Positions 35,564-48,240 of a stretch of DNA of 64,000 nucleotides are shown here, in pieces. Location of the stretch: positions 62,001 through 126,000 of the forward strand of contig CBFFSA010000009.1 of NCBI GenBank assembly GCA_965644495.1, in the 5' to 3' direction. The notes beneath the pieces were generated by a model. The model searched no databases, was not told the origin of the DNA, and saw only the letters and a list, made by a program, of their open reading frames with translations. Source of the stretch: Perkinsela sp. CCAP 1560/9. Taxonomy: Eukaryota > Protista > Euglenozoa: Kinetoplastea. The first letter of the stretch is position 1. Every line of letters starts with the position of its first letter. The translations under genes were made by a program, and so were the position numbers.

Positions 35564-36226
35564 AGTGATCTCTATAATGGGAAATAGGCACGAAAAAACT
35601 CAGCATACAAAAAATACTTGACAAAGAAATAGTTAAATTTTGCGGTAGGATATCACTCAAATTGGGAACTAAATATTATAGAATTAGACGGCCCGATTTA
35701 AATAATATTGTGTTATTATTGAATAATATAGTGTTAATTTGAGTATTGTATGTCTTTTCGAAATAGTAATTACATATTCTCATATTCAGAGAATTGGTAA
35801 TACAAACGTTTGAACGGCGGCCATGCTCATGTATTGGTCGCTTTGCTCTTGCATATTCCCCCTGCAACCTTTTCTTCGTCACCCTTTTCATAGGAATAAA
35901 TTATTGTTGGGAGAATGTTTTTTTCGGTGAATGTTTTACAATTACTACCCCCCCTCTCATTAATATTATAAACCTCCAAAAATGATTAAAGGGATTGTTT
36001 GTAGAAATTTAATGAGATTATAATTCTGAGACGCACTTTTATAACTGAACCCCTCCGCATCAAAGAGGCACCCCCCCCTTATTTTTCGCACGAGGGGGGC
36101 TAGGGGGTTATCGTACCACTTTTTCTTATAAAAGTTTGAGATCTGTACGTTCCCGCCGTTTTTAGGTCTCTTGGAAAAACAAAAAGATAAAATTATTTTT
36201 TTTTTTTTGATTTTTTTTACCTTATC

Positions 36227-37700
36227 ATGCCAAAAAATACATATCGACACCCGAGGGGTGGTCTTACAGAAAGTGGAATAGTGTTATTGCGCATGAGGTA
36301 TGGTCAGGGGGTTGCAAAGAAACAACTAGCTCGCGAGTTTAATGTTAATATAAAACATATTAGAAAATATTTGAAAAATGATTCGCTGGAAAATATTTAT
36401 ACTGAAAGCCCTGAAGTAAAAAAGAGGATGAAAAAAAGGAGAAATCTTGTTAAAATGCTCTTGAGCCTTTGGATCAAGCTGGGGTCTCATAAATGGGTCT
36501 TCTCGCAAGATTCGTGGAAAACTGAAGAGAAAGGGTGTAAACGTATCTTCTGACACCATCAATAGAGATATACGTTCCCTAGGCCACAAGTATGGGTCAC
36601 GGCCTTTGTCACAAGGACTGACGAAGGAAAAAGAAAAGGGTATTGTTTGCTTTAAAATGGTAAGAATTAAAATGGGACACCTCTCGTTTAGTTTTTACTA
36701 ACGAAAAGCTGTTCGATACAAATGATCATAGAAAAAAGATGTGGGTGACTCCAGGCAAAAAGCCCGCAAAGCGACAAACAGTGCGTTGGGCACCTAAGTG
36801 TCATGTATGGGGTGCCGTGGAGGTAGGCTATAGGAAACTTGTTGTTCTCTCTTCCAACTCAATTAGATGCGTTTCATAAATTTCATAAAATTATATCAAC
36901 ACACTAACTTTAAGGATCTTTATCTTTCGTGCAACGGGTTCACGGGGGAGATCGATCTTCGTTTCTTGCCTGATACGCTTAAACATCTTAACCTGAAGAA
37001 CAATAAGCTGTCTGGGTCATTAAATCTTAGTGCGTTACCGTTGCTGAATGGACTGGACATCAGTAATAATACGTTTGTGGGTCCTTTTAAATTAGACGCA
37101 CTTCCACTATCGCTCGAGATTATACGAATCAAACGCAATCAATTTACGGGCAATCTTCACCTCAGCGATATGCCCGAGTCCTGCTTTGCTTTTATTGCTA
37201 GCCATAATAATTTTTCAGGCGCGCTGAATTTGCAGAATATGCCGGAGGGTCTCAAAACTCTGAAGCTTGAAAGCACAATTGCTTTACCGGTGTGTCTGGT
37301 TTTGCTTCTCTTCCTGAAGATTTGGGAAAGCTTTTACTCAACCATAATTGTTTGGAAGGAAATATCCAACTCGATACGCTACCCGATATGCTATCCGTTT
37401 TGTCGTTAAGCAATAACCCAGGACTCTACGGAACTAAGCCAAAGAAACTAAGGCTTATCATGAAAAAAACCGAAATGACACTATTGCCAAATTGGCCACC
37501 GAACTCCCCTGATCTTTCCCCCATAGAAAGCGTGTGGAGTATGGTGCAAGAGCTTGTCGATGAGTACACTCCTTCAAATAAGGAAGATATCATAAAAAGT
37601 GTATGTAAAGCTTGGTCTAAATTACCTCAAGAATACATGTTGATGATTCGGTTTTGAGCTTCGATGCTCGGCTCAAGGCTGATATGGTACTTTCAAGGCT
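36227..37700 (+). pseudogene. Tc1 transposase pseudogene carrying a captured LRR-A segment
   Basis: HTH LAREFNVNIKHIRKY, FTNEKLFD, CHVWGAV, then the LRR segment, then WPPNSPDLSPIESVW. Confidence 0.85.
36912..37431 (+). pseudogene. Captured LRR-A fragment (~7 repeats)
   Basis: Aligns to A2 ~29705-30222 and A1 ~3213-3735 (GEIDLRFLPD...IKRNQFTGNLHL...NHNCLEGNIQLDTLPD); one frameshift at ~37272. Confidence 0.9.
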
Positions 37701-38556
37701 GCCGGTACCACTTTTCACGCAGGAACTGAGCCTTTCTTTTTTTCTTTCGGAGGTCGGTGCCAAAAATGCGGAACTCACGGTCCTGTACTGTTGCTGTAGA
37801 ACCGACTCTAGTGCTATCTAATGTGCAGCTCGTGGCATGTATTGCGAGGAAAGCGACAAACGCCTTGTGCGTAATTGTTCGCTCCTTTCCGAGCAGTAAA
37901 TTACACCAGTTCACGGAAAGATTGTTGTATTCTGACGGATACTGTACCCCCCCTACTTAGATGGGGGGCCACCGCCCAAGCGGCACTATTCTGCCATATT
38001 TTGCCGATCGCAGGGGTTTCGTCCTTTGGAGGCGTATTTTATTGTCGGAACCGGCCCCGCGGCGCGAAGCGGCGCTTTTTTTTTTGTCAGAAGCTTTCTT
38101 TCCTTTGGCGGTTATATAGCAGTGGTTACTAGCGGCTACTCTGTATATAGCGACTACTATTAGTTTTGAATGCATATTTATAACAATTTGTCGAAATCGT
38201 TGCGGTAAAAGAGGAATTAAAAATCACCCACCCTTGGACAAAGGGGGTAAAAATCACTCACTATTGGCAAACTTTTTTGCCAATAGTGGGTGTACCCCCC
38301 TTTACAAGATATTTAGCTCGTTTTCAACATTGCTGGGGTTGTTTACAACCTCTGCCTTTTCCTTCTCTATGGTGTCCGGGGTAGGGTGGATCGAGTAGGG
38401 GTCCAGCGTCCGTATCCTCGATTTTGGCACCAATCACTGTGTTTAATAGCATGTACGTCTCGGGATTCGATTTGGTAGTACATGCCGCTCGTCATTGGTT
38501 AATCGCAGGTTCGACTCCCGCTCGTTTCATTTTCACTACAAGCGGTCTTGTTTAAT

Positions 38557-38745
38557 TTAGGGTATAGTCATTGAACATTTCGTATTTCGATATAGTTTCA
38601 TGTTGGACCACAGATTTTCAATCGGATTTAGATCCCTAGAGTCCGCAGACAAAACTCTTCTATACATGTATATTCTATACGTGTATGGGAAGAGACAAAA
38701 CTCTTCAACATAGGCTTTGATATGGGCGAAGATAGGGCACTTCAT
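38557..38745 (-). pseudogene. Tc1 transposase fragment
   Basis: CPIFAH...SRDLNPIENLWSNMK. Confidence 0.6.
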
Positions 38746-39534
38746 TTCTGGAGGTGTACACTATCGAAAATCAATCTTCAGTCTTTAAGATGTCGTCGTA
38801 GAATCGTTTCTTGTTTATTAACACTTTCTTGTTTATTAGTATGACACAAGCTTCATGAAAAAAATTCTACTTTTTTTGGTCAACAATATTTTTTTTGCGT
38901 CATCCCAAAAATTTCGAACTTGTCGGGCCGGGGGGGGTCACCCCCAGGTGTGGAGGATGGAAAATCATCCCCGCGGCATACTCTACAACTTCCCTGCGCT
39001 CGATTCATCCACCTATACAGTCCGGGTCAAACATCTCGGTCCATGATTGGACCCTCGCTTCTGAATACAAATTCTTTATGCGCCTGTAGTCGTCTTGTAG
39101 CTTCCGTTCTTCGCTGATGGCGTCTTCAATTTGGGACAAAGCTCCACGGCTATGTCGAGAGTCCCCTCTTCCCATTCTTTTACCAAAGTTTTTGCAACTC
39201 GATTTCAACACCACCGCGTTGACGTTCGAAGTCCCTTATCTGGGCATGTTCGTGTAAATTCACGTAATGCTCATCCCGCGCTACCTTATCTGGGAGCTTT
39301 ATGTTCTATAATGCTATATAAATGGTATACAGGGGGGACATTTTTCTGTGTAATACTAATCTGGAGAACATTAATCTGTATGATATTAATCTGTGTTAAC
39401 TCGAAAATATCTGGCCCGACAGAAATCTGTGTTAAAAAAATAAAAATGCGCCGCAGGCGAAATTCTTCTTTTTCCATGCATTTTCTCCGCATTTTCTCTG
39501 AAAATTTCTTTTTTCTTGATTTGTATTTGTAATT

Positions 39535-40257
39535 ATGATTGTCTCTATGCTCTCGGCCGATGTAACGGAACCGTTAAGAAAGAAAGCCTGGATAGAAACG
39601 AACTCATCCGACACGACACTTTCAACGAGTAGTTCTAATGTGACTGGAACATCTCGTCCATCCAAAGTCAGTGCCGTGTCGTTACCCGTGGAGTACGATT
39701 TGATGAGACTCGTAGAAATCCCTCCACGCTCGTGGTCCACCGATACCCCGGGATGTAGATGGGATCGAGTCAGATGTAACGACAAGGGCGAAGTGATTTT
39801 GATAAACTGGAGTGGCGCGATGGGCGAAGACACTAGCAAGAAACTGCAAGGTCGGCTCCATGTAAAATATTTGCCGTCCGAGTTGGGAAACTTAAGCCTG
39901 CAGAACAACTTCCTGTCGGGTGAGTTTTCCTTCGATCAGTTGCCTCCGAAATTGGAATTCATTAACATATCCATCAATCAGTTCACGGGTACTCCAGATT
40001 TTCGTCACCTGCCACCCTTTCTAGTCTATCTTAATATGTCTGACAATAAATTTTCCGGTCATATTGAATTTGATTTCGTGCACGAAAACATGCGCGACAT
40101 AATTTTAGCTTTTAATGCAGAACTTGAAGGCTTCCTAAATATCAGAGACGAGTTAAAAAATCTGTATTATACTGTAGCGCGAACAAAGATTACGGTAAGC
40201 AACGGTGAGATGAGACGCTACAGACCGAGCCGGTCTGCTTGTGGAATACGTGGATGA
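39535..40257 (+). CDS. LRR protein subfamily C (C2), 240 aa
   Basis: Intact paralogue of C1. Confidence 0.92.
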   Translation: MIVSMLSADVTEPLRKKAWIETNSSDTTLSTSSSNVTGTSRPSKVSAVSLPVEYDLMRLVEIPPRSWSTDTPGCRWDRVRCNDKGEVILINWSGAMGEDTSKKLQGRLHVKYLPSELGNLSLQNNFLSGEFSFDQLPPKLEFINISINQFTGTPDFRHLPPFLVYLNMSDNKFSGHIEFDFVHENMRDIILAFNAELEGFLNIRDELKNLYYTVARTKITVSNGEMRRYRPSRSACGIRG

Positions 40258-41336
40258 TGGTGAGTTAATACCTGTAAAGGGAAATAGACACGACGAACCT
40301 CAGCATACAAAAAATAATTGACAACTAAATAGTGGATGTTGCGCTGGGATAGAATTCAAATTGGGAGTCAAATATTATAGAATTAGACGGTCTTATTTAA
40401 ATACTATAGTGTTAGTTCGAATAATATAGTGTTCGGAGAATCTTTTTACTGAGAATGTTTTACAGTTACTATTTTGTGTGGCTAACAAAGGGGAAAAGGT
40501 GAAAAAATGGTAATTCTTCTTTAAAATTTGCATATGGGTTTCTTTTTGTTTCGTTTCTTCACGCGCAAAGTCTTTGTGTTGAGATCTGCAAAATGTAATC
40601 AGCTCAAACGGACATTTTTCTGAAAAGTTAAGGGGGAGGCGCCTTATTGGTGCGGAGGGGTTATTATAGATAGAGGGGTAAAGTGATCTCTATAATGTGA
40701 AATAGGCACGACAAAACTCAGCATACAAAAAATACTTGACAAAGAAATAGTTAAATTTTGCGGTGGGATATCACTCAAATTGGGAGCTAAATATTATAGA
40801 ATTAGACGGCCCGATTTAAATAATATTGTGTTATTATTAAATAATAGTATTAATTTGAGTATTATATGTTTTTTCGAAATAGTAATTACATATTCTCATA
40901 TTCAGAGAATTGGTAATACAAACATTTGAACGGCGGTCATGCTCATGTATTGGTCGCTTTACTCTTGCATATTCCCCCTGCAACCTTTTCTTCATCACCC
41001 TTTTCATAGGAATAAATTACTGTTGGGAGAATGTTTTTTTCGGTGAATGTTTTACAGTTACTACCCCCCCTCTCATCCCGCGCTACCTTATCTGGGAGCT
41101 TTATATTCTATAAAGCTATATAAATGGTATACGGGGGGGGCATTTGTCTGTGTAATACTAATCTGGAGAACATTAATCTGTATGATATTAATCTGTGTTA
41201 ACTTGAAAATATTTGGCCCGACAGAAATCTGTGTTAAAAAAATAAAAATGCGCCGCAGGCGAAATTTTTCTTTTTCCATGCATTTTCTCCGCATTTTCTC
41301 TGAAAATTTCTTTTTTTTTGATTTGTATTTGTAATT

Positions 41337-42059
41337 ATGATTGTCTCTATGCTCTCGGCCGATGTAACGGAACCGTTAAGAAAGAAAGCCTGGATAGAAA
41401 CGAACTCATCCGACACGACACTTTCAACGAGTAGTTCTAATGTGACTGGAACATCTCGTCCATCCAAAGTCAGTGCCGTGTCGTTACCCGTGGAGTACGA
41501 TTTGATAAGACTCGTAGAAATCCCTCCACGCTCGTGGTCCACCGATACCCCGGGATGTAGATGGGACCGAATCAGATGTAACGACAAGGGCGACGTGATT
41601 TCAATAAACTGGTATGGCAGAATGGGCGAAGACATTAGCAAGAACCTGCAAGGTCGGCTGAATGTAAAATATTTGCCGTCCGAGTTGGGAAACTTAAGCC
41701 TGCAGAACAACTTCCTGTCGGGTGAGTTTCTCTTCGATCAGTTGCCTCCGAAACTGGAATTCATTAACATATCCAACAACCAGTTCACGGGTACTCCAGA
41801 TTTTCGTCACCTGCCACCCTTTCTAGTCTATCTTAATATGTCTGACAATAAATTTTCTGGTCATATTGAATTCGATTTCGTGCACGAAAACATGCGCGAC
41901 ATAATTTTAGCTTTTAATGCAGAACTTGAAGGCTTCCTAAATATCAGAGACGAGTTAAAGAATCTGTATTATACTGTAGCGCGAACAAAGATTACGGTAA
42001 GCAATGGTGAGTTGACACGCTACAGACCGATCCCGCGTGTTTGTGGAATATGTAGGTAA
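41337..42059 (+). CDS. LRR protein subfamily C (C3), 240 aa
   Basis: Intact paralogue, closest to C2. Confidence 0.92.
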   Translation: MIVSMLSADVTEPLRKKAWIETNSSDTTLSTSSSNVTGTSRPSKVSAVSLPVEYDLIRLVEIPPRSWSTDTPGCRWDRIRCNDKGDVISINWYGRMGEDISKNLQGRLNVKYLPSELGNLSLQNNFLSGEFLFDQLPPKLEFINISNNQFTGTPDFRHLPPFLVYLNMSDNKFSGHIEFDFVHENMRDIILAFNAELEGFLNIRDELKNLYYTVARTKITVSNGELTRYRPIPRVCGICR

Positions 42060-42889
42060 AGTGATCTCTATAATGGGAAATAGGCACGAAAAAACTCAGC
42101 ATACAAAAAATACTTGACAAAGAAATAGTTAAATTTTGCGGTAGGATATCACTCAAATTGGGAACTAAATATTATAGAATTAGACGGCCCGATTTAAATA
42201 ATATTGTGTTATTATTGAATAATATAGTGTTAATTTGAGTATTGTATGTCTTTTCTAAATAGTAATTACATATTCTCATATTCAGAGAATTGGTAATACA
42301 AACGTTTGAACGGCGGCCATGCTCATGTATTGGTCGCTTTGCTCTTGCATATTCCCCCTGCAACCTTTTCTTCATCACCCTTTTCATAGGAGTAAATTAT
42401 TGTTGGGAGAATGTTTTTTTCGGTGAATGTTTTACAGTTACTACCCCCCCTCTCATTAATATTTTCTCTGTTAATGAGATTTACACGATTTTAGAATGTA
42501 CAGCCCATTAGGCGCACCTCGGAGCCCCAGAATACATACACAGAACATCCAAAAAGAACAATTACGAGTCGCGCAACTCGATTCACAGGTGTTCTGGAGC
42601 TCTAAAGTCAGGTCAAATAGGAATGAGCAAGCATGCCACAAGGTTAAGCCATTCCTTGGTCGACAGCATGCGTAGGCGCATATAGACATCAATCAAGGCA
42701 CAAGAAAGAGTTCCGCTAGTATTCATTTGAAGGTACATGCTTCGTTTTTATGCATCAGTAAATTGTGTTTTTCGCCTAAAAAATCTTACCTCGAAATTGC
42801 AAAAAAACTGTTCACATGTTTTTCTTTACTTGCATACGATCACACTTTTGTTACAAAGCCGATTGAGTCGGAAGCTCTATGGCAACATA

Positions 42890-45800
42890 CAGGGGGGGCC
42901 ACGAAAACTGACAAGGTCCGCATTTTAGCGTCCTGAGGACGTTTGAGCTGATTTTTGTTGCAAACGAGAGATCTCGTTCTGAATATCGTGTCTACGCTAT
43001 TTGGAGCCCGTTTCTGCTAATCAAAAAAAATATATTTACAAAATATTGAAAATTTTGGGCAAAGTATTTTGCAAAAAGTTCGAACCGTGTGCTACACGTC
43101 AAAATTTTGTGCCCACACCTTGATTCGATTATCGATGTCTTTGGGGGAAATACATTGAGCTTTTCCAAACTTTCTATTCGTCCATCCGAAAACGTACTTG
43201 AATCGATGGTACGTTTCCTCTTTCGCCTTCTCATACAGGTCAGCTCGAAAAACACCACGTTCCTCCATCAAATGTAGAACGGTATGTTTCGTGATCGGTC
43301 GCATGCCATCGAGTTCGCCAAGGAGGATTTCATTTATCTTTTCCATTTCGACATGCCTGTCCTTGTTGAAACCCCTTTCACGCTTGCGACTACGGCCGCC
43401 TAGATTTACCTTTTTCTGGTAAAATCCGGCACCATTTTTTCGGATGGATCGGATGCTTCGCGACGAAATGCCGTATTTGTCACTAAGTTGTTGTGCACTA
43501 TTACTGGAGTGACACACAACTTCTCCTTCAACTTCTCCTGCATCGTGAGGTTCTTCCTTCCCTGAGGTGAACCGACGGACAATGGCAAAGTCGCCGGCTC
43601 GGGGCTCGAAACTGTTAGTTCGTTGGGGAGTCCAACGCGAGGAAGAGGGGGACGAAGCTTAACCCACTGTGTGAGTAATGGCATGTTAAAAAATATCGCA
43701 AATAATTTTCTATCTAGCAATATCTCTATGCATCTCCAATTTTTTTACGAAAACATGTAAAAAAATGTTCAAAAAAAAAAGCAACGCTTCGCGGCGCGCT
43801 TTTTCTTGGGCGGAAGTATAAAGGGGGGGTACTAATTTTTCGGTTTCATAAAAACGGAAGTATAAAGGGGGGGTGACAGTAATTACTTATGGATGTAAAA
43901 CTGGTGAACCTGGAGGAGAGTACAAGTTGTTATCTTAGATACCTGCCATCAAAATTTCACAAATAAGCGCTTCAAATAGATAATTGTTCTAATCCTACGT
44001 CAGTAAGGTTATCAAGCTCATGAGGCATGTATGTTTTAGTGATTCTTCGGAACGTATATTGTTGATCACTTTGCCAAAGTGAGTTTCTAGAGCGCCTATA
44101 ATTGTTTGACGTAGAACGCATTCGTGCTCAAAAACGAGTTCATTGAACTTAAGAGTTTCATCCAGAGCGTGATCTCGGTCACTTTCACTCATTTCGAAAA
44201 TGAAGCGAAAGCAGAGAAGTTTTTTCTCAACCCACCTTTTTGATGATCTAACAACAACCGAAGTAAAGTCCACTAGAAAAATGGCCATTGTGGCTTGCAC
44301 AAGTTGTCACTGGCTTGCAGTGGCAGTACACATGAGGTCGATTAAGTAGTGTCAGGAAAGTAGTGAGGATTTTTTTCCTAAAAAATATTGATCGAATCGG
44401 TCGAAGTTGCATTTATAATTACTTATGAAAGACATAGGAATTATAAGAGGGTTGAAACCTGTTAAGTTTTTCCGGGTTTTGCCAGGACACCTATTTTGGT
44501 GGGCATCATCTTGGGAGATGTGTCACGACTTAAAGAAGGGGTATCTTGTGAAAAAAACGTCATAGAAAGATAGTACAGGTCCCAAACTCTCAAACTACTA
44601 TACAAGTAAGTAATTTGGTTTTGAAAAACTATTTTTTAAGCCATGTTTTTCGCCAAGTTGACTTTTTTTTCAATTTTCTTTTCAGAAAAAACCGAACTTG
44701 ACGGCCCCGTCCTGTTGATACCAGGGGGAAAATGTGCGCCAAGACCTCGGCTACCCTTTCTGGGGGTTTATTTCGAGTTTTTCAAAATTTTCGTTTTTTG
44801 TGGCGCAAAAAATGTTTTGCAGCGCAGGATGATGACCAAGTATGTTATTCACTAATTTTGACGAAGTACATTTCTTCGCCACGTCAATGAGGAATATGCG
44901 GGTTTTGCCAGGTTTTGCCTTTCATAGATTTCAACACTCTTATTATTACAAATATTATTATTTCAGCTATGGAAAGTGCTTTAAAAGTGCTTTTCGAGCT
45001 TTTTTTAGTTTTCGAGCTTTCGAGCACATGTGTAGACCTTTACCCTGCGGATGCTTCCTGAGGCCGTTTGAGCTGATTTTTGTTGCAAACGAGAGATCTC
45101 GTTCTGAATCTCGTGTCTACGCTATTTGGAGCCCATTTCTGCTAATCAAAAAAATATATATTTACAAAATATTGAAAATTTGGGCAAAATATTTTGCAAA
45201 AAGTATCGAAAAACGTAAAAAAGGCTATTTTTTCTTCTTTTTACCTTACTATGGGCAAACGGAATAGACTAAACCGTCGCCAGCTATCACCAGAACATGT
45301 TCATATCCTGTGCGCATTGTCTGCGCACACGAAAGACACCGTGGGACATCTATTCCGGATACGGCACGTATGATGAACTGTTCAGAGAGCTCTGTCTCTC
45401 GGTACAAAGCGCGTTTCGATGAGTCAGGTGACGTGGCACGTGCACCCTACTCGCGCGATAACGGCGTTGATACGGATGAGTTCCGAGCCATGCTCTGTGC
45501 TATTGTTGATGCTGAGCGAGACACGCCATTCGGGTGTCCGGGGTTTAAATGGGTACATAAGAGAGTGGATAAAGTACTTTATCCAAGTAGTCCACAGAAT
45601 CGAAAAGAATCGAAAAGAATTACAAGCGGCTATTCCAAAGGCCAAGGAATATTTGTTGAACGAATGTCACGAGGCGTACGTGAATACGCTAAAGAGTCTT
45701 CCCACGCGCCTCGCTATACTACGTGAGCGTGGAGGTGGGAATACTGGCTATTAAGACCTACTTTCTGGGTGCTTTTTAGGCCGCGGTACGTAAAAATTAC

Positions 45801-46006
45801 GAATTTTAGACCCGTTTTTCAATTTGCAAAATCTTTAAATTTCACTTTTGTAACTCATTGGAAATGTTTTCCGGCGAACGTTTTTTTATTTTAAATAGCG
45901 TAGACACGATATTCAGAACGAGATCTCTCGTTTGCAACAAAAATCAGCTCAAACGGCCTCAGGACGCTAAAATGCGGACCTTGTCAGTTTTCGTGGCCCC
46001 CCCTGT
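42890..46006 (+). mobile_element. Tc1 deletion derivative ('CAGGGGGGGCCACG' family) carrying ~2 kb of copied neighbouring DNA
   Basis: ~110-bp TIRs at 42890 and 45895-46006 with TA TSD; transposase remnant 45251-45754 ending GGGNTGY; cargo 43080-45055 duplicates 47438-49413. Confidence 0.85.
43080..45490. repeat. Segmental duplication of 47438-49850
   Basis: Near-identical sequence and identical ORF track at an offset of 4358 bp. Confidence 0.95.
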
Positions 46007-48240
46007 ATACTAGTGGGTACGTATTGGGACGATCTACCAGCAGAACCTTCATGAGACAGTTTTTAAAACGATCTACATTCGCCTTTGCAGCAGCGGGCGC
46101 GTGCAAGCGCTGACTGTCATGTACGGCGATAATGTGGCCCCCGACTTCTATGAGTACATAGCGATACTCATAGCGGAGAGAAGCATAAATGCGAGTAGCG
46201 TGATTTACATTTTTCGGAAGTATCCCTCTAGCTAACATATTCTGTGTCACCCAGATGTTCCAGTAGACAATGTTAGACTCTTTGGATTCGGACAAATACA
46301 ATTCCAAAACCCTTGTGCAGAAGGTGTCCAAAACGAGAGAAGAAATCATTACGTTACCACGGCGAAAGCGCTTCCAGTCGTCTGGTGTACTGTCTTCTTC
46401 AGAATCTTCATCAAGAAGTAGGGTTAAAGGTGTCGGGAGAGCTGCTTGCATCATTACACGCGCTTTACTGGGACTCAATGGGATTTTAATTGGGAGGCGT
46501 CTGGGAGGGTGAGGAATGGAGGCAGGAGGAAATGAATCAGCAGGGATTACATCACTTGCGGTCGAAGCAGAATCATGCTCTGGAGCTGGGGTAGGAGATT
46601 CATTGATGGGGAAAGAGAGAACTGGTGTGGAAGAAAGTGGAGTGGTCACATTTGGGGTACCAAGCAAGTTTTTTCGCTTAGCCTCTTTTTTTCTTTTTTT
46701 CTACTTTCGCTTGGTTGTAGTCGAGCTTTTTCCTGGATCCTTCCATTCCCAAGGGCAGTTGGTCATCGGTTCTAAAATGTACCGTTGACATTTACGGTTA
46801 ATTTTTTCGAAGTGAACGGACCATTTTTTTTCGTGCGCATCTTTGACTAGCTCCAAAACTTCTTTTCGCTTTATTTTCTGAGTAGGAAACTTTACTTTCC
46901 ACTCCCGTAGGCCTGTTTCATAGATACGTATGAATAAATTGATAATAATCAAATCATATATCTGCAAGAAAGGAGTACATCCACCAGGAATCCTGTGTGC
47001 GTCGCAGTTCATTATTGCCAATTTATTGGCGCGATGCGCCGTGAAATCATCAACTACAATGGCAGATGGAAGTTTTGAATCTCCGGTGAGCGCTATGTAG
47101 GTTGATAGAATTTTGGAGAAAATTTCCTCTTGCATTCAACCGGACTCGGTTACGCGAACATAAATTTTCCCAAAATTATTTTCAACGCTCTTGAGGTCCT
47201 TTAATATGCGGGAATTTTCTTCCTTCGTCGAAGATTGAAAAATGACTATTGGAGGTAGCGGGAGCGCCTTTTTCGCACACACATCATATATCCCAGCCAG
47301 AAAAACAGTTACATTTTCTTTCTCATTGGTGCCCTTCACTCGCACGTTCAGAGCACCAATGGGAGCAACGCTCACACCTGTGGTTGGCCCGTCAATAGAG
47401 AGCGAAGTTCGTCCCCGAACAACAGATAATTATATTTTCGAACCGTGTGCTACACGTCAAAATTTTGTGCCCACACCTTGATTCGATTATCGATGTCTTT
47501 GGGGGAAATACATTGAGCTTTTCCAAACTTTCTATTCGTCCATCCGAAAACGTACTTGAATCGATGGTACGTTTCCTCTTTCGCCTTCTCATACAGGTCA
47601 GCTCGAAAAACACCACGTTCCTCCATCAAATGTAGAACGGTATGTTTCGTGATCGGTCGCATGCCATCGAGTTCGCCAAGGAGGATTTCATTTATCTTTT
47701 CCATTTCGACATGCCTGTCCTTGTTGAAACCCCTTTCACGCTTGCGACTACGGCCGCCTAGATTTACCTTTTTCTGGTAAAATCCGGCACCATTTTTTCG
47801 GATGGATCGGATGCTTCGCGACGAAATGCCGTATTTGTCACTAAGTTGTTGTGCACTATTACTGGAGTGACACACAACTTCTCCTTCAACTTCTCCTGCA
47901 TCGTGAGGTTCTTCCTTCCCTGAGGTGAACCGACGGACAATGGCAAAGTCGCCGGCTCGGGGCTCGAAACTGTTAGTTCGTTGGGGAGTCCAACGCGAGG
48001 AAGAGGGGGACGAAGCTTAACCCACTGTGTGAGTAATGGCATGTTAAAAAATATCGCAAATAATTTTCTATCTAGCAATATCTCTATGCATCTCCAATTT
48101 TTTTACGAAAACATGTAAAAAAATGTTCAAAAAAAAAAGCAACGCTTCGCGGCGCGCTTTTTCTTGGGCGGAAGTATAAAGGGGGGGTACTAATTTTTCG
48201 GTTTCATAAAAACGGAAGTATAAAGGGGGGGTGACAGTAA
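46007..48240 (-). mobile_element. pogo-like element: DD31D transposase + P/S-rich linker + Ulp1-like region, decayed
   Basis: TA-CTGTCACCCCCCC end at ~48238; HTH, LFGDE, KENVTVFLA, PPIVIFQS, VVDDFTAH...IPGGCTPFLQIYD; downstream ISSLVLDTF...RYVLIEV...VHDS. Confidence 0.75.

Larger units (their letters stand above)
34240..35965 (+). repeat. LRR-C duplication unit (flanks + gene)
   Basis: Near-identical copies at 38935-40430, 41072-42461 and 62587-64000; orphan 3' flank at 40678-41076. Confidence 0.9.

Noticed and set aside
38455-38530. tRNA gene (GGTTCGACTCC B-box)
   Set aside because: A T-arm is present but the acceptor and D stems do not pair; at most a decayed tRNA or SINE head
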